Positions 24,641-38,300 of a stretch of DNA of 64,000 bases are shown piece after piece (position 1 is the stretch's first letter; each line of letters opens with the position of its first letter). The DNA comes from Octopus bimaculoides. Lineage: Eukaryota. Both the position numbers and the translations under genes were made by a program. The notes under the pieces are model-generated. The model searched no databases, was not told where the DNA came from, and worked only from the letters and a program-made list of their open reading frames with translations. The stretch spans positions 150,963,942-151,027,941 of the forward strand of contig NC_068982.1 of NCBI RefSeq assembly GCF_001194135.2. Direction: 5' to 3'.

Positions 24641-25399
24641 TACAGAGTCAGATATTGATACACTCACATACTAACAGATAGATAGAATTGATGGTATTTT
24701 TAGGTATGATGGGTAATTACTGAAACTACTACTACCACTACTACTACCACTACTACTATCACTACATTTAGTTGGAAGGAACTAAATAAAAATACTGATT
24801 GAACATAGAACATAAACAATTAAACAGTCAAGTTTATTATGTGGTTTTGAGAAGTTTGATTAGTAAATAACTGTAATCAAGTTTTTTTTCTGATTTTTTG
24901 ATTGATAACATAATTGAGATGGCAGATACCAGATTTCATATGAAAGAATCTAGAATAATCATAGCAAAATGACATTGCATGAAGTAATTGTAGAGAAAAA
25001 CAAAATTGAACATGTGAATTGTAAAAACAGAGTGGAGGAAAGGGTTGTGGTGGAATATTGAAGATGCAGATCCTTCGATAGTCAAGAGAGTGTTTTTGCA
25101 ACACAACACAGCAATATTCAATGTAAATGGGTCAACAATGCAAGATGCCAGACCTAAATGTCAAATAACTGTTGAAAATACCTGGTTGCAGAAAAACAAA
25201 GATGCAAATAACAGTGATGATGATGATGACGATGATGATTTTCTTTATTAACTATTTTTCTGACATTTATTTAATGTTTATTCATGTCTTCTAATAATAA
25301 TGATTAACCTGCCCTTTTCTATTCCTCTTATAATGATAGTAATTTTGTTTGACACCTCTTCCTTGCAATTCCAAGTTTACTCATCCATTTATATTCATT

Positions 25400-26520
25400 T
25401 TCTGATATCTCTAAATCTGTCTTTCTTTTTCTTTCTTGTCACTGTAAGTTGACTATCTTACATGTTTTATACTACCTAATCACTCTAAGTTTTCTTTCTT
25501 ACATATATTGTCTGTCATGTTACCTTATACTGTCATGGTTGTATAACATATACAGTCATATCATATACTGTTCTGCTTGCCTGACATAGTGTATACTGTC
25601 TTGCCACTGATTTATTTTTCATATTTTATACTATCTGATTACTGTAGGTTATTCTATTTCCCTGAACTTCACTTTATAAGTTGTATGTTTTAACTATACT
25701 AATCTATCACTGTAAGGTGTCTTTCTTATATATCCTATATTGTCTTATCATTGAAAACTGCCTGTCTTACATATTACAAACTGTTTTGTTAATATAAGTC
25801 GTTTTTCTTAACTTATATTGTAATGCTATTGTAGATTATTCTGATTTGTGACTGTATGTAGTCTATGTTACATATTTGGAATTGTCTTATCACTGTAGAT
25901 GTTTGTCTTATACTATATTGTCATTGTTTTTCTGACACACCTTATACTGTCTTGGCACAATAGGTTGTCTTTCTTATTTATACTGTCTTATCATTGTAGG
26001 TTGTCATTCTTACATCTACTATACTGTCATTATCTTTCTTACATTCAGATACCGTCTTGTCACTGTAGATTGCCTGTCTTTAATGTCACTGTAAGTTGTC
26101 TTACATAACTTATATCATCTTGTCACCATTGACTGACATTGATACATATACTGTCATGTTACTATGAGTTGTTTTTCTTACACACCTTATAATGTTTTGC
26201 TACTGTTAGTTGTCTTACATATATTACATTATCACTATTATTTGTCTTCTTAAAATATCTTATATTCCTTATCACTCCAAGTTGTTTTTCTTATATATAT
26301 TATCTTATAATTGGAAGTTGCCTTACATAACTTATACTGTCTTATCATTCTGTGTTGTCTGACATATTGTATATGTAAGAAACTATAGGTTTTCTTACAT
26401 ATCCCCTGATTCTATACTGTCTTAGATATCTTATACTGTCTTCTCATTGTAAACTGTTTGTCTTTCATAATTTATACTGTCTTGTAAAAGGCAAGCTGTC
26501 TTTCTTATAGATATTATATT
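25400..26520 (+). repeat. Degenerate ~40-bp minisatellite (consensus about GTTGTCTTTCTTACATATCTTATACTGTCTTATCACTGTAG)
   Basis: Recurrent CTTAC, TATACTGTC and CACTGTA motifs with strong T-strand bias. Confidence 0.7.
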
Positions 26521-27419
26521 TAGTGATATATGTCATGTTCATTTACATTCTGAATTCAAATTCTGTCAAAGATATCTCCAAATATTTTATCAGTACAAGT
26601 CACATTTGACATTATGGTGTGTGTTTATAAAGAATTTTATATTATTTGTCTATTTAGCATTTTTTATTATACATTGTCATTATGTATTTTGTTGCTGATA
26701 TGATCATAAAAAGAGAGGACTGCTCTCATCCAAGTTCATCTTCTATAATTACCCTCTCCTCTTCTTTACAGGTCATGTAGCTCCGAACAAATGGAGGTAA
26801 GATACAGAAGTGAGAACTTTTTTGTTTTGCAGCATATAAGGCAACTTCACTAATGCTGGTGCCATAATAAAATACACCCAGTATATTCTATAAAGTGGTA
26901 GGTAAATAAGCGGTGACAATGTAGATTTGAGCAGTCCCTTTACTCGTCTTGTTGAGAACACGATAAACTATCTAATGCTGGGGTCACAACAAATTACACA
27001 ATAAACAGTATGCTCTGTAAAATGGTTAGCTTCAAGAAAAGTAACCAGTCATAGAAACCATGCTAAAATAAAATGAACGAGCAGAATATTCTCCCCAGGC
27101 CCGGCTAGGAGAAGAGTAATTCAAAGTAAGAAATGGTTTGGACTGTAATGACCTGTTCAATCAATGCTTGCATGGAAAGTGGATGCGAAATGATGATAAT
27201 TCCATGTTGTATTGTTTTTCCTTCTTTTATTCCATAATTCAATATCATCATGGTAATGTCTATTTTTCCATGCTTGCATGGGTCAGCTGATTCTGCAAAA
27301 ACCCCATCACTTGATAATTTGCTTTTGTAATGTCCTCTCATTTGTAGGACTTGTGGCAAGTAAAAATATTATTGTTATTATTATTATTATCATTTTGAAC
27401 AATGAGATATTTTAGAAAA

Positions 27420-27577
27420 ATTCTTCTTCTTCTTCTTCTTCCCCCCCATCTTCCTCTTCTTTTTCCTCCTCCTCCTCTTATTCCTCCTCCTCCTCCTCTT
27501 CTTCTTCTTCTTCTTCTTCTCCACCTCCTCCTCCTCTTCTTCTTCTTCCTCCTCTTCTTCTTCTTCTTCTTCTTCTT

Positions 27578-27608
<31 letters not shown>

Positions 27609-27645
27609 TTATTATTATTATTAACAACAACAACAATAATGATGA
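27420..27645. repeat. Compound (TTC)n/(TCC)n/(TTA)n/(CAA)n microsatellite
   Basis: Direct reading. Confidence 0.95.
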
Positions 27646-28580
27646 TAATAGTTTCAGCATCTATTTCTTCACACTAGCATGAAATGCTTTATAGGTTGAC
27701 TAGCTGGCTAGCTGGCTGATTGGCAAATTGCATTAGGCAAGAGCAAATATGAAATCCATAAATGTCTGATATATTTTTACAGATTTGATTTATGTAGCGA
27801 GTGATGTTAATATAATAATTATGTTGTAAATATGAATAACAGAGCATTATAGTGAAGCAGACTGCTCTCTCTCTCTGCACACAAGCAGAAAGGATTGAGC
27901 ACATTCAGAGATTCTGAACAGAGTACTAGAAAGAGCAGAGAGGGTAAGACCCTATTCAAGTTGACAGAATATAGATTGAAAAATAATTGCAGTGATAATG
28001 ATGATGATAAAACTATTACTGCAACTACATGGAGATGTTCGTGATGATAACACTACTACTACAACCACATGATTATGTTCTTGATGATGCTAGTATGATT
28101 ACAGCTACATGGTAATGATGATGATAATAGTATAGCCAAATGGTAATAATAATATTTTAGGATTTGCAGAGGAAGCAGGAAAAAAAATAATGAAAAAAAA
28201 AAAAATACCCAAGTGATTGATATGCATTTAAAAAGTTAGCTCATTGATTAGTGAACTGGTAATGACTAACCTGCCAACATTCTGTGTCCTTTTGTCTCTT
28301 CTATTGCTACTAAAATAGTTTTTGTTCACTGATAAACTAGAAAACTTTACCAGCAATGTCCAAGTCCCTCCTTATTCACCTAACTCCTCTCTTCAACCCT
28401 ACTGTATTTTATTTCTCAAACCCAACTCTAAGCACAATATTCTCCATTTCTTTCTTCAGATAACTAAAACTCTTTGGTGCATCCTCTTAGTTCCTATTTT
28501 CCTTAGAGTAATCAACCCTCAGAAGTTCAAAATTAAACATTAAGTGCATCAACCTTATTTTGAAGAGACAGTGGGCAGTC

Positions 28581-28725
28581 ATCATCATCATCATCATCAT
28601 CATTCACTGTCCCCACTTTCCATGCTGGCATGGGTTGGACAGTTTGACCGAGGGCTGGCAAGCCAGAAGGCTCCAATCTGATCTGGTAAAGTTTCTACAG
28701 CTGGATGCCCTTCCTAACACCAACA
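28581..28725 (-). mobile_element. RTE-type 3' tail
   Basis: (CAT)n..CCATGCTGGCATGGGTTGGAC..GGATGCCCTTCCTAAC. Confidence 0.75.
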
Positions 28726-30425
28726 AGTGTCCCTAATTATTAAATTATGTTACTTGACATGGAAATACAGGCTTATTTAAGAGATTAAATAGGACAAGGT
28801 TGTCCTATCAGGTAAAAGTAAATCCAAATAGCATAAAACAGTATTTCTACAGGATTATTTAGGTGAGATTACTTACTTGTCCATCATAAACAAAACAATT
28901 ATAATTCTTACTTTCTTATTGCTTAACTTCAGGATAGTCCTGGTTCAGCAAACCTATGATGAGAAGCAACTCAAACATAACAGTGATGTTTTTCTTTATT
29001 CACCTCTGTATTATGTAATGTGCCCTCCATTACTGTTGTTCTTGAGCTTAAGATCAGTCCTTGTCCACCAGATCAATGATATTCTATTTATGACCATCCT
29101 GCCTTTATATTCAAGTAATGTATCAAGGACTATATTATCTAATGAGTCTTTTCTTCTTATTGTTTAGTCCAAGGTCAGCTCTAATCCAGTAGAATTAATA
29201 ATAAAAGATGTTCCTACTGGGAATATTTTTATTTTATTCAGACATAATGTATCTATGACTACACTATGAAATATGACTTTCTAATTTTAAACAGTAGGCA
29301 GGGTGTCATTTGAAAGAAATTTGGCAGCTATTTCTAACAGATTAAGCTAGCTGTAACTTCACAGAGGCTGCTTTGTTGTTTATGTTGATGCTGAAGTAAA
29401 AGATATTAACAACTGTAGTTGATTCTCTGATGGGATGTAAAATAAGTTCAATTGTAATTGGCTGCTGAAGTTTCATCTATAACAATTACAAACACAGTTT
29501 AGGTTTCTGAGAAGTAGTTGAAATGCTGTCTAAACCAGCTAATTTATTGAAATATAGAAGAACATGTTTAGATGATTTTTTTTTCATTTTTTTACTTAAT
29601 ATATTCTTGAGTCTGGAAGCTGTTATAGTGTTGTAGGCAGTTTTATACAATTTTCATGATGACTTAGTTTTTGTTTTCATTAGATACATACATTGTTTTT
29701 CTGCTATGTATACAAACATCCTAAGCCACATTTAAACAAAGATTACCTGATTAATTAGAAACTCATTTACCAACAAATTAAAACTTCTAACCCACAGATG
29801 TATTGTCTGTTCTCTGCCTATTCTATCGCAACAGCTCCAGCTTCATTGAATTAGCTGCTTACATACCACTTTCATTCAGATCTACAAGCCTCTCCACCCC
29901 ATGTTAAATGTCAAATCCTGCATTAATCACTTCCAATAATCAGATTTTCAACCTTCTGAAATTTCCATCTTCGTATGTTCAAACGGAACATCAACCAAAT
30001 CAATTGCACCAGCCTGAGAATGTTACTGAGGGGTATTGGAATGCCCCTTCCTCCTCCTAAACCATTAAGCAAAAAGTTATACCCATTTTCTTATAATTGG
30101 ATAGTTTAAATTCTTATAATTGCATGGTTTGAAATTTGCTATTTTGACGAAATGTTAGAGTAATCAGTTGAGGTTGTGAATCTTCAAAAGTCTAGATAAC
30201 CATTAAATCCATATTGCTGAATTTCTCAACAACATAAACCGTTGTAAGCAAATGAATGTGCCTAACTAATGAATTCCATATAATTACGTGAATGATAGTT
30301 GGAGCCTATAACCTTGTGGTGTACAGTACAACATCATCAGTATGCCTGAAAGCATACTTGAAGAGATATATTTATCATAAGAATAGTTTTTGTGTAAAAT
30401 ACAAAATACTCTGATATAACTTTAC

Positions 30426-30540
30426 CCCTTTCAGATGCTAAGTCAAGTTGGAGTTCTTTCACTTGTATTTGGTATTTATTCCAGTCAAGGAAAACTTCAC
30501 TGTTACTCTCTCCTAGGAATGAGTCCGATAAATCTGCCAT
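30426..30540 (-). CDS. CCDC171: CCDC171-like coiled-coil protein, first supported coding exon (MADLSDSFLGESNSEVFLDWNKYQIQVKELQLDLASER+G); exon extends upstream to acceptor at 30597
   Basis: Pyrimidine tract and CAG acceptor at 30600-30598, ATG at 30540, donor G|GTAAAG at 30425 (phase 1) matching the phase of the next exon. The upstream 57 nt are open in frame, so the true start may be in an earlier exon. Confidence 0.72.
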
Positions 30541-31169
30541 ATCTGGGAATGTTTTATTGAGTGGGAATGTTTTCTCTATTGGTGCTGGGATATAATTCTG
30601 AAATAAAAGCAAACATTTTAAAGAGAAAACAAAACTTATAAATTTCATGTTATTTGGTACAATAGTTAGTACAGAGGTGTTGTAGCTCATAAATATTTTA
30701 TGTGAAATAACCAGAACCATATTTTTTTTTACTTTATGAAAGAATGAATGTATAAATTTATTAGTATACTTGTACCATCAAAAATGATGTTATTTTAAAA
30801 GAAATAAGCTAAAACTGGTATTTAATACATGAATTAACATAACATATATTCCATATATTTGATATAAACTTGTTACGACATCATATATTGCTAGGCTGGG
30901 TTATGATTAAATTTCATTTACCAAAAGTAGCATATTCTGTCAATAAGCAATGTAGTTTGCATTCTATACAAATAATATGAATATATCATTATGCCCTATA
31001 CATAAAGCTGTTGCAGTGAAACACACACTGCGATATATACAAATTTTATTTAATATATGCTCAATGCATATATTTCCTAAGGTGATACAAATAAATTCTT
31101 GTATAAAATATATTACAAGTTTCATGTATTAAGCATGCATGCATCCATAAATATATATATTTTTCAAAT

Positions 31170-31218
<49 letters not shown>

Positions 31219-32642
31219 TGTACAGTACATCGTACATATCTTAGGCATTTCTGCTTAATTAAGCATATTTTTTGTTACATTTTTTGAGAAGAATCTCTTT
31301 CCAATCAGATTTACTTGATCATTTCTTCTATGTAAAACCACAGATTTTTCTTACTTTTAGTGCGTGTGCATGCACACACACACAAGTATATAACAGAAGA
31401 TAAAAATAATAAACAACTTAGTGTATTTTCCTCCCTATGGGAATTGAACTTGTGAACTTCTTAGTCTCTTAGTTCTACTATTGAACTATGTGATAAACAT
31501 TTATGTAAAAATAATATACAACAAAGCTTATTACAGAAAAAGATACATGAATGCCAATTGTTGTTATTCTGCTAGTATGTATTATTATTTAAAACAGATT
31601 CTTTGGAGCATTTATAATAGAATTCATGCTGCATAATTTGTGTGAGACATTAGAGCTGTATTCACACACATATACACATGTATGTGTGTACATTATTTAT
31701 ATATATATAAAGAGAATCTAGTATTTGTTTAATAAATCAGAATCAAGATTGTTGCTATATGATTTAAAAACAAAAAGGAAAAGAAAAGAAAGCAAACTAC
31801 AGAAACAAAAAGTATAAGATTTTATAAAAAATATCTGCATTTCATATGATAAGAAACAATGCATATACTGTACAAATATTTAAAATATAACATTCATTTC
31901 TGCATGTAATAAGTTTCTGATCATCTATTCATGATTACTAAACTTATCCATCCAGATTTTCATTCAAAAATTATATATATTACATCTATATATGTGTTTC
32001 CCTATTGTTGAGTTTGTATTTCTCCACTTGCTTGCGCATGTGCACTTAATCAGTGTGAGAGATGTGTGGGTGTGTTTTATTATATACATGAATCTTGTGA
32101 ATATCTATGCATATGTACAAGTGTGTCTATTTCCATATGTTTGTCAGTACACCTTCTCTGATAGATGTGTGTGTGTGTGCACAAATGATAGGTGCCTAGG
32201 ACTTGCGGGTTTGTGTGTATTTTCATAAATGTCTCATTGTAGCATGAGTGTCCTTTCCTTTACTTCCTCTTAATCTCTCTCTCACCTTATAATTCTCTTT
32301 CTCATCTTTCTCATCATTATCCCTCCTCTATCTTTCCTTCATTGTTTATTCTCTTTCTTCTGTCCCCCTTTTCCCTACTACACTTTAGTGGGACACAAAA
32401 CAAATATACATCCAGATAAATACACAATGAAGTTTATTATAGTAAATTTCAGCTTGGAACACACAAGAGTGTACAAAGAAGGTATTATGATATTTAGCTC
32501 CAGTGCACAACTGATTCTGCCAAATAGCTGCACTACAAATATCATTTTTGTTGTTGCTTAGTCCCAAGACAACCAAAGCAATAACAGTTTCCATTATTGG
32601 TTGACACATACATCTACACAAACAAACATGTGTACATGCAGC

Positions 32643-32684
<42 letters not shown>

Positions 32685-33239
32685 GAAATTGCAGATTCGA
32701 ATGAGATAGCATAATGGTTAACCAATGCTTAGAACTCTATGAAAGTCCATATATTTTCAAATTCTAATCAAGTGTTAGAAAAACTTTATCCTCTGATTTT
32801 CTTTTGGTAGTATATACATGTGAATAATATAGAATGTATATCAAAGAGAAAAATAAAATAGCAAATTTATATTACCTTTTTATTATAACATCATAAATTA
32901 CAAAATCCTTACATGTTTTACTAGTGAATACTAGTATGTTGTGCAGTAGTTGCAAGGGAGATGGATTTCAAATCTTCAGAAGAAAGTAATAATTTTTCAT
33001 TTAGTTTTTTATTTAGCACTGCTTACCAACTGAGGTTGGTAAATAACAATGGATTGAATTACTATTTTCTTCAGAAGAGCTGGGTTTCTAGGGGATTATG
33101 TGACTGACTACCTAGCAATTACTACACAACATACAAATATTCACTAGCAACACACATGTAAAGACTATTGAAATTATGACGTTACAATAAAAAGTTAATC
33201 TAAATCTCCCATTTTATTCTGGTTTTGTGTGAGTGGGGG

Positions 33240-33826
33240 GGGGCATGACGTAGACCTTTGGCATTATGTTGTGCTTGAGAAGAATACACATACGCACATA
33301 TACATAAACATACACACAGACACACACACACATATATATATATATATTTGCATATGGCTGAGGACAGCTGCATAAAGAAGTGCCAAGCTCTAATTGTGGA
33401 GGGAACCTTGGAAGAAGGAGACCCAAGAAGATGTGGGATGAAGTAGTGAGAAAGGATCTTTGGACACTGGGCCTCACTGAGGAAATGACAAGGGACAGGG
33501 AGTTGTAATGATTTGATGTACTTGAGAAGACACATCGAGCTAAGTAAAATCACTGCCATCCATGCTTGTCCTTTGCAGGTGCCAGTGCAACATAAAATGC
33601 GCTTGTGCTGGTGCTGCATAAATGCACCTATGCTGGTGGCAGGTAAAAAGCACCTAGCACCCTCTGTAAAGTGAGTGGCATGAGGAAGGGCATCCAGCCA
33701 TAGAAACCATGCCAGAACAGACAAATGGAGCCTGAACAGCTCTCCAGTTGGCCAGTTCTATGTTAAATTGTCCAACCTGTGTCAGAATGGAAAACGGATG
33801 TTAAGCAATGATGATGATGATGATAT
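33240..33826 (+). mobile_element. RTE LINE 3' fragment ending in (GAT)n then (TA)n
   Basis: Homologous by eye to the C-terminus and 3' UTR at 35690-36270. Confidence 0.8.
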
Positions 33827-33840
33827 ATATATATATATAT

Positions 33841-36271
33841 AGCATGGAGAAGAAGGGTCTGGAAGCTTAAGGATCCTGTGAATGGACAGAAATTTAGAGA
33901 TGTATTACTTGAAGCTTTTGATGAAATATAGGAGGATACAGCATCACATGATGTGGAAGACAACTGGAGTTTCCTACGGGACAACCTGTTGAGGGTTACT
34001 GACCAGATCTGTGGATGGTATAAAGTCCTCTCTCGACCCAACATAACAGGTCCATTAGGGAAAAGAAACAGGCATGGAAGAATGATGGTAGCTGTGATTT
34101 GTATCAGATTGCTATAAGGGAAGCTAAGAGACAGGTTTACTTAGCCAAAGGGGAAGCAGATAAGAAAAACTTTGCCAATGTTCTGCGTTGTGAGGACCAA
34201 AGACAGTGTGTGAGAGAGAATTATGATGTCATAGGAGAGAAATGTGTCCGCAAGAGAGTCTGCTGAATGTCGACCCAACAAAGGGACCAGCTATCCGAAT
34301 TGACAGTACCTTGGTAGATAAAGCAATTAAGGGTATGAAGACAGTGAAAGCCCTCAGTCCATCAGGAATCACTGCAGAGATGCTCAAAATATCTAACTGT
34401 GTCGGTCAGTCTAGTCACCCATATAGGTGATACATGACTGAGTCATACCCAATGACTGGTGTAGCATTAGGTCTGAATAATTACAGTGGTATCAAATTGT
34501 TGGATCAGGCAATGAAAGTCACAGAGAGGGTCATAGCCCAATTAATTAGGGAGAGAGTTAGTATAGAGATGCAGTTTGGGTTTGTGCCAAGGAAAGGCAC
34601 CACTGATGCTATATTTCTTGTAAGACAGCTGCAGGAGAAATACCTAGCCAAAGATAAACCTCTGTACCTGGCTTTCGTTGACATGGAGAAAGCCTTTGAC
34701 AAGGTCCCCCGATCCCTTATCTGGTGGTCAATGAGGAAACTAGGGATAGATGAGTGGTTAGTGAGAGCTGTACAAGCTATATACAGGGATGCTGTCAGTG
34801 AGGTGAGGGTTGGCAATGAGTATAGTGAAGAATTCCGGGTAGGGTTCCACCAAGGATCAGTGCTCAGCCCCCTCTTATTCATCACAGTCCTCCAGGCAAT
34901 AACAGAGGAATTCAAGGCAGGTTGCCCCTCAGAGCTTCTCTATGCTGATGACCTTACTTTAAAAGCTGAGTCACTATCAGAACTAGAGGAGAAGTGTCAG
35001 GTGTGGAAGTAAGGTCTAGGATCGAAGGGCCTTAGAGTCAATCTAGCAAAAACCAAAATCTTAATGAGTAGGAAGGCAATCAAATCACAAATCCCTTCAG
35101 ATAGATCTGTAGAAAAGGTGTAGGTAGAAACTTCATAAGCTGTATCCGGTGTAAGCTATGGACACATAATAGGTGCAACAATATCAAAGGAAGGCTAACT
35201 GGGAAGATAGTTTTTGTGTGTGGCAAATGCTCAGGTAAAAACTGAAAATGTGCAGAGAACAGCTTCTGTCACATGCCAGGGGGGGAAAACTAGAAGTGGC
35301 TGATAGCTTCCATTACCTAGGTGACCAAGTCAGTAGCGGGGTGGGGGGATGCTCTGAGAGTGTAGCTGCTAGAATAAGAATAGCCTGGGTAAAGTTCAGA
35401 GAGCTCCTACCTTTTCTGGTGACAAAGGGCCTCTCGCTCAGAGTAAAAGGTAGACTGTATGATGTATGTGTGCGAACAGCCATGCTACACGGCAGTAAAA
35501 CATGGGCCATGACTGCAGAGGACATGCATAAGCTTGCAAGGAATGAAGCTAGTATGCTCCGCTGGATGTGTAGTGTCAGTGTGCATACACGATAGATTGT
35601 AAGCGCCCTGAAAAGAAAGTTGGACATAAGAAGCATCAGATGTGGTGTGCAAGAGAGACGACTGCACTGATGTGGTCATGGGTTGTGTATGGATGAGGAC
35701 AGCTGTGTGAAAAAGTGTCACACCCTAGCAGTAGAGAGAACCTGTGGAAGAGGTAAACCCAGGAAGACCTGGGATGAGATGGTGAAGCATGACCTTTGAA
35801 TGTTGGGCCTCACGGAGGCAATGACAAGTAACTGAGACCTTTGGAGATATGCTGTGCTTGAGAAGACCCAGCAAGCCAAGTGAGACCATAACCGTGGCCT
35901 ATGCCAGTGCAACTTTACCAGCCCATTTAAGAGTTCCCTTCAATCATTGGACAATAAAGTGCGCTTACGAAGACCTGTTGAGTCAAGAGAAGACATTGTT
36001 GTGGCTGATGACAGTACCGCCTGATTGGCACCCGTGCCAGTGGCACGTAAAAATCACCATTTGAGCATGGTTGTTGCCAGTGACTCCCATGCCAGTGGCA
36101 AGTATAAAGCACCATTGAAGCGTGTTTGATGCCAGTACCGCCTGATTGGCCTTCATGCTAGTGGCACGTAAAAAGCACCCACTACATTCTTGGAGTGGTT
36201 GGCATTAGGAAGGGCATCCAGCTGTAGAAACTTAGCCAGATCAGCATGGAAAGTAGACAGTAAACGACGAT
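33841..36271 (+). mobile_element. RTE-clade LINE, 5'-truncated and disrupted (linker, RT, PHD-like finger, C-terminus, 3' UTR)
   Basis: QFGFVPRKGTTDAIF, AFVDMEKAFD, HQGSVLSPLLF and LYADDL in ORF 34434-35012; FHYLG..RIAW.KF.EL C-terminus; RTE-type tail. Stops and frameshifts present. Confidence 0.93.
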
Positions 36272-36284
36272 ATCGCTAGCTACT

Positions 36285-36450
36285 TCACATTCTTTATTTT
36301 CTCTCCTTGTTTCGTTTTGTGCTCCTTTCTGTGGAAATGTGTAGACTTGAAACGTTAAAGACTTTTTCACTTCCCGAGCGTTAAACTAATACATCTATTT
36401 GTTGCCTACACCACCTGTTTTGTCTTTTGTTTGTTTTTTTGTGAATTCTC

Positions 36451-36455
<5 letters not shown>
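36285..36455 (+). mobile_element. Short Penelope-type repeat, copy 3 (diverged)
   Basis: CTTT-CTGTGGA..GAAAC-GTT-AAAG, and the same 3' end ATTCTCCCC(TA)n. Confidence 0.6.
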
Positions 36456-36501
<46 letters not shown>

Positions 36502-37544
36502 TACACACACATGCAGGAATCTTCTGAGTTACAGGAGTAATTTGATCCTGAACATCTTGCTGTAATGTAAAATAAATTTTTCCATTTATATTCATGTCAT
36601 AAAGTGACAATGCATTCCAACAGACTTTTTGGAAAACAATAACAAGAAAAAAAATCAACACAACCAACTTTTATGCATGAAAATAATTTCTGAACATACA
36701 CAACACAATATATATAAATAAAACATTTGAAGAGAAACATGACAGGGAATAAATAACAATGGCTTCTTCAAGTCCTATATCATTTTCAAGTGTCACAATA
36801 TAATTATGAATTTATTGTAAATTTTCTGTTTGTGGAAAATTTGTAAAGTCATTGATACAGTTTAGCTATATATATTTTAGTGCCCATTATGTTGGACTTC
36901 TTCCAGAGGTTTCCTGTATTAGGTTGATGCTCAGTTTAAGATGGAAAAAAGTGGAGGTGTGTGACATTTCAAATGTGACTTTTTGTCAGAAAGAAGAAAA
37001 GCTTGGAGAGAAGGAAGAAATAGTCCAAGAAAAGCACAACCACACATGCATTTTTCTTGGACTATTTTTTCCTTCTTTCTGGACCTTTCCACTTTCTAAC
37101 AAAAAGCCATGCTCAAAACACTACACCCCAACCTCTTTTTTTTTCCCATCTTACACTGAATGTCAATATTCACTGTGTGCATCCTTTTGAATTTTACTGT
37201 TTTGCTTTATTTTTTATTTCCAATTTGTCTATTATTGCATGCTGACACAGATCTATGTCCTTCCGACTATGATTTGGAGCAGCTAATTCCTGGATTTCCC
37301 TACACTGGATTACCTACCATTATGTATACGTGGATTGGATTGGATTAGGTTGCCTATGTTCAGTCCATTGCAAGGTGAAGACCTTAGCATGTTCTCTCTA
37401 CCAAACATGGTCTGATGTTGAGGCCATGAATTTGAGCTTCAGATCATACTGGTCTGATGAGCCAACTCTGCCACACCAGCTCAAAATGGCTTGACAGAGG
37501 GGTGAAGTTTTTTTTTTTGTTATACTCTTACCCAGGAGTACTTA

Positions 37545-37704
37545 AGTTGATTACATCGATCTCAGTGCTCAACTGGGACTTATTTTATTAACTCTGAAAG
37601 GATAAAAGGTAAAGCTGACCAGTGAAATTTGAACTCAGAACATAAAGATGGCCGAAATACTGCTAAACATTTCACCCAGTGTGCTAATGATTCTACCAGC
37701 TTGC
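37545..37704 (-). mobile_element. Older SINE family A-related copy (similar fragments at 62-125, 2995-3075, 61810-61945, 63215-63310)
   Basis: GAATTTGAACTCAGAAC and GCTAA..CTGCCAGC motifs. Confidence 0.7.
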
Positions 37705-37755
37705 CTTATACACACACAAACGCATGTGCGCGTGCACACACATCTACATATATAT

Positions 37756-38300
37756 AAGAGGTGCATTCAAAAAGTATTCTATCTATTTTTCTTGCCAAAA
37801 ACTAATGCCATGGGGGCAAAATCCTCTGGGTGGGAAGTGCTGCCACTTTTTGTGTGCATGCATGAAAATTTCTGCAGCCACATTAGTTGCCAGCTGTTAC
37901 ACCTAGAGTACAGATGTGTAGTGCACGCTCTTTGAATTGTCATTTTCACAGAAAATGACCAAATGCATCAAGCAGAGACCATAAGCCCATGTCTCATCAT
38001 CAGTGATGATGGTCTACATGAAATCTAGGTTATGGTTTGCACAGTTCAGCATGTCCTGAGTGATTTCCATGCAGAGTTGCTTCTGCTGCTCTGCCAGCAC
38101 CTAGGAGATGAATTTCACCAAGTCTCTGCATGCACAAATCGTCCATTAAAATGGAATGCACTAGTCCTGTGCTTATTCCCACTTTGTGAGCAAATTCCTG
38201 GATTGTTACATGATGGTCTTCCATGACCATTTGCTAAACCTTTTCAATTCACTTCTCATTTCAGCTTGTAGAAGGTCTCTCTGCATGCTCCTTTCACTCC
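37756..38300. mobile_element. Rearranged mariner relic (5' end on plus, internal transposase piece on minus)
   Basis: TIR-like GAGGTGCATTCAAAAAGT, start MTKCIKQR on plus (~37955), and MVMEDHHVTIQEFAHKVGISTGLVHSILMDDLCMQR on minus (38230-38030). Confidence 0.68.

Noticed and set aside
27402-27677. Poly-Pro/Leu/Phe and poly-Arg/Glu ORFs
   Set aside because: Pure trinucleotide microsatellite.
30420-30425. Alternative donor AAA|GTTATA joining the 30.5-kb exon directly to 12032
   Set aside because: Weaker site; the stronger GTAAAG donor fits the 80-nt exon at 22992-22913, which restores the homologous segment.
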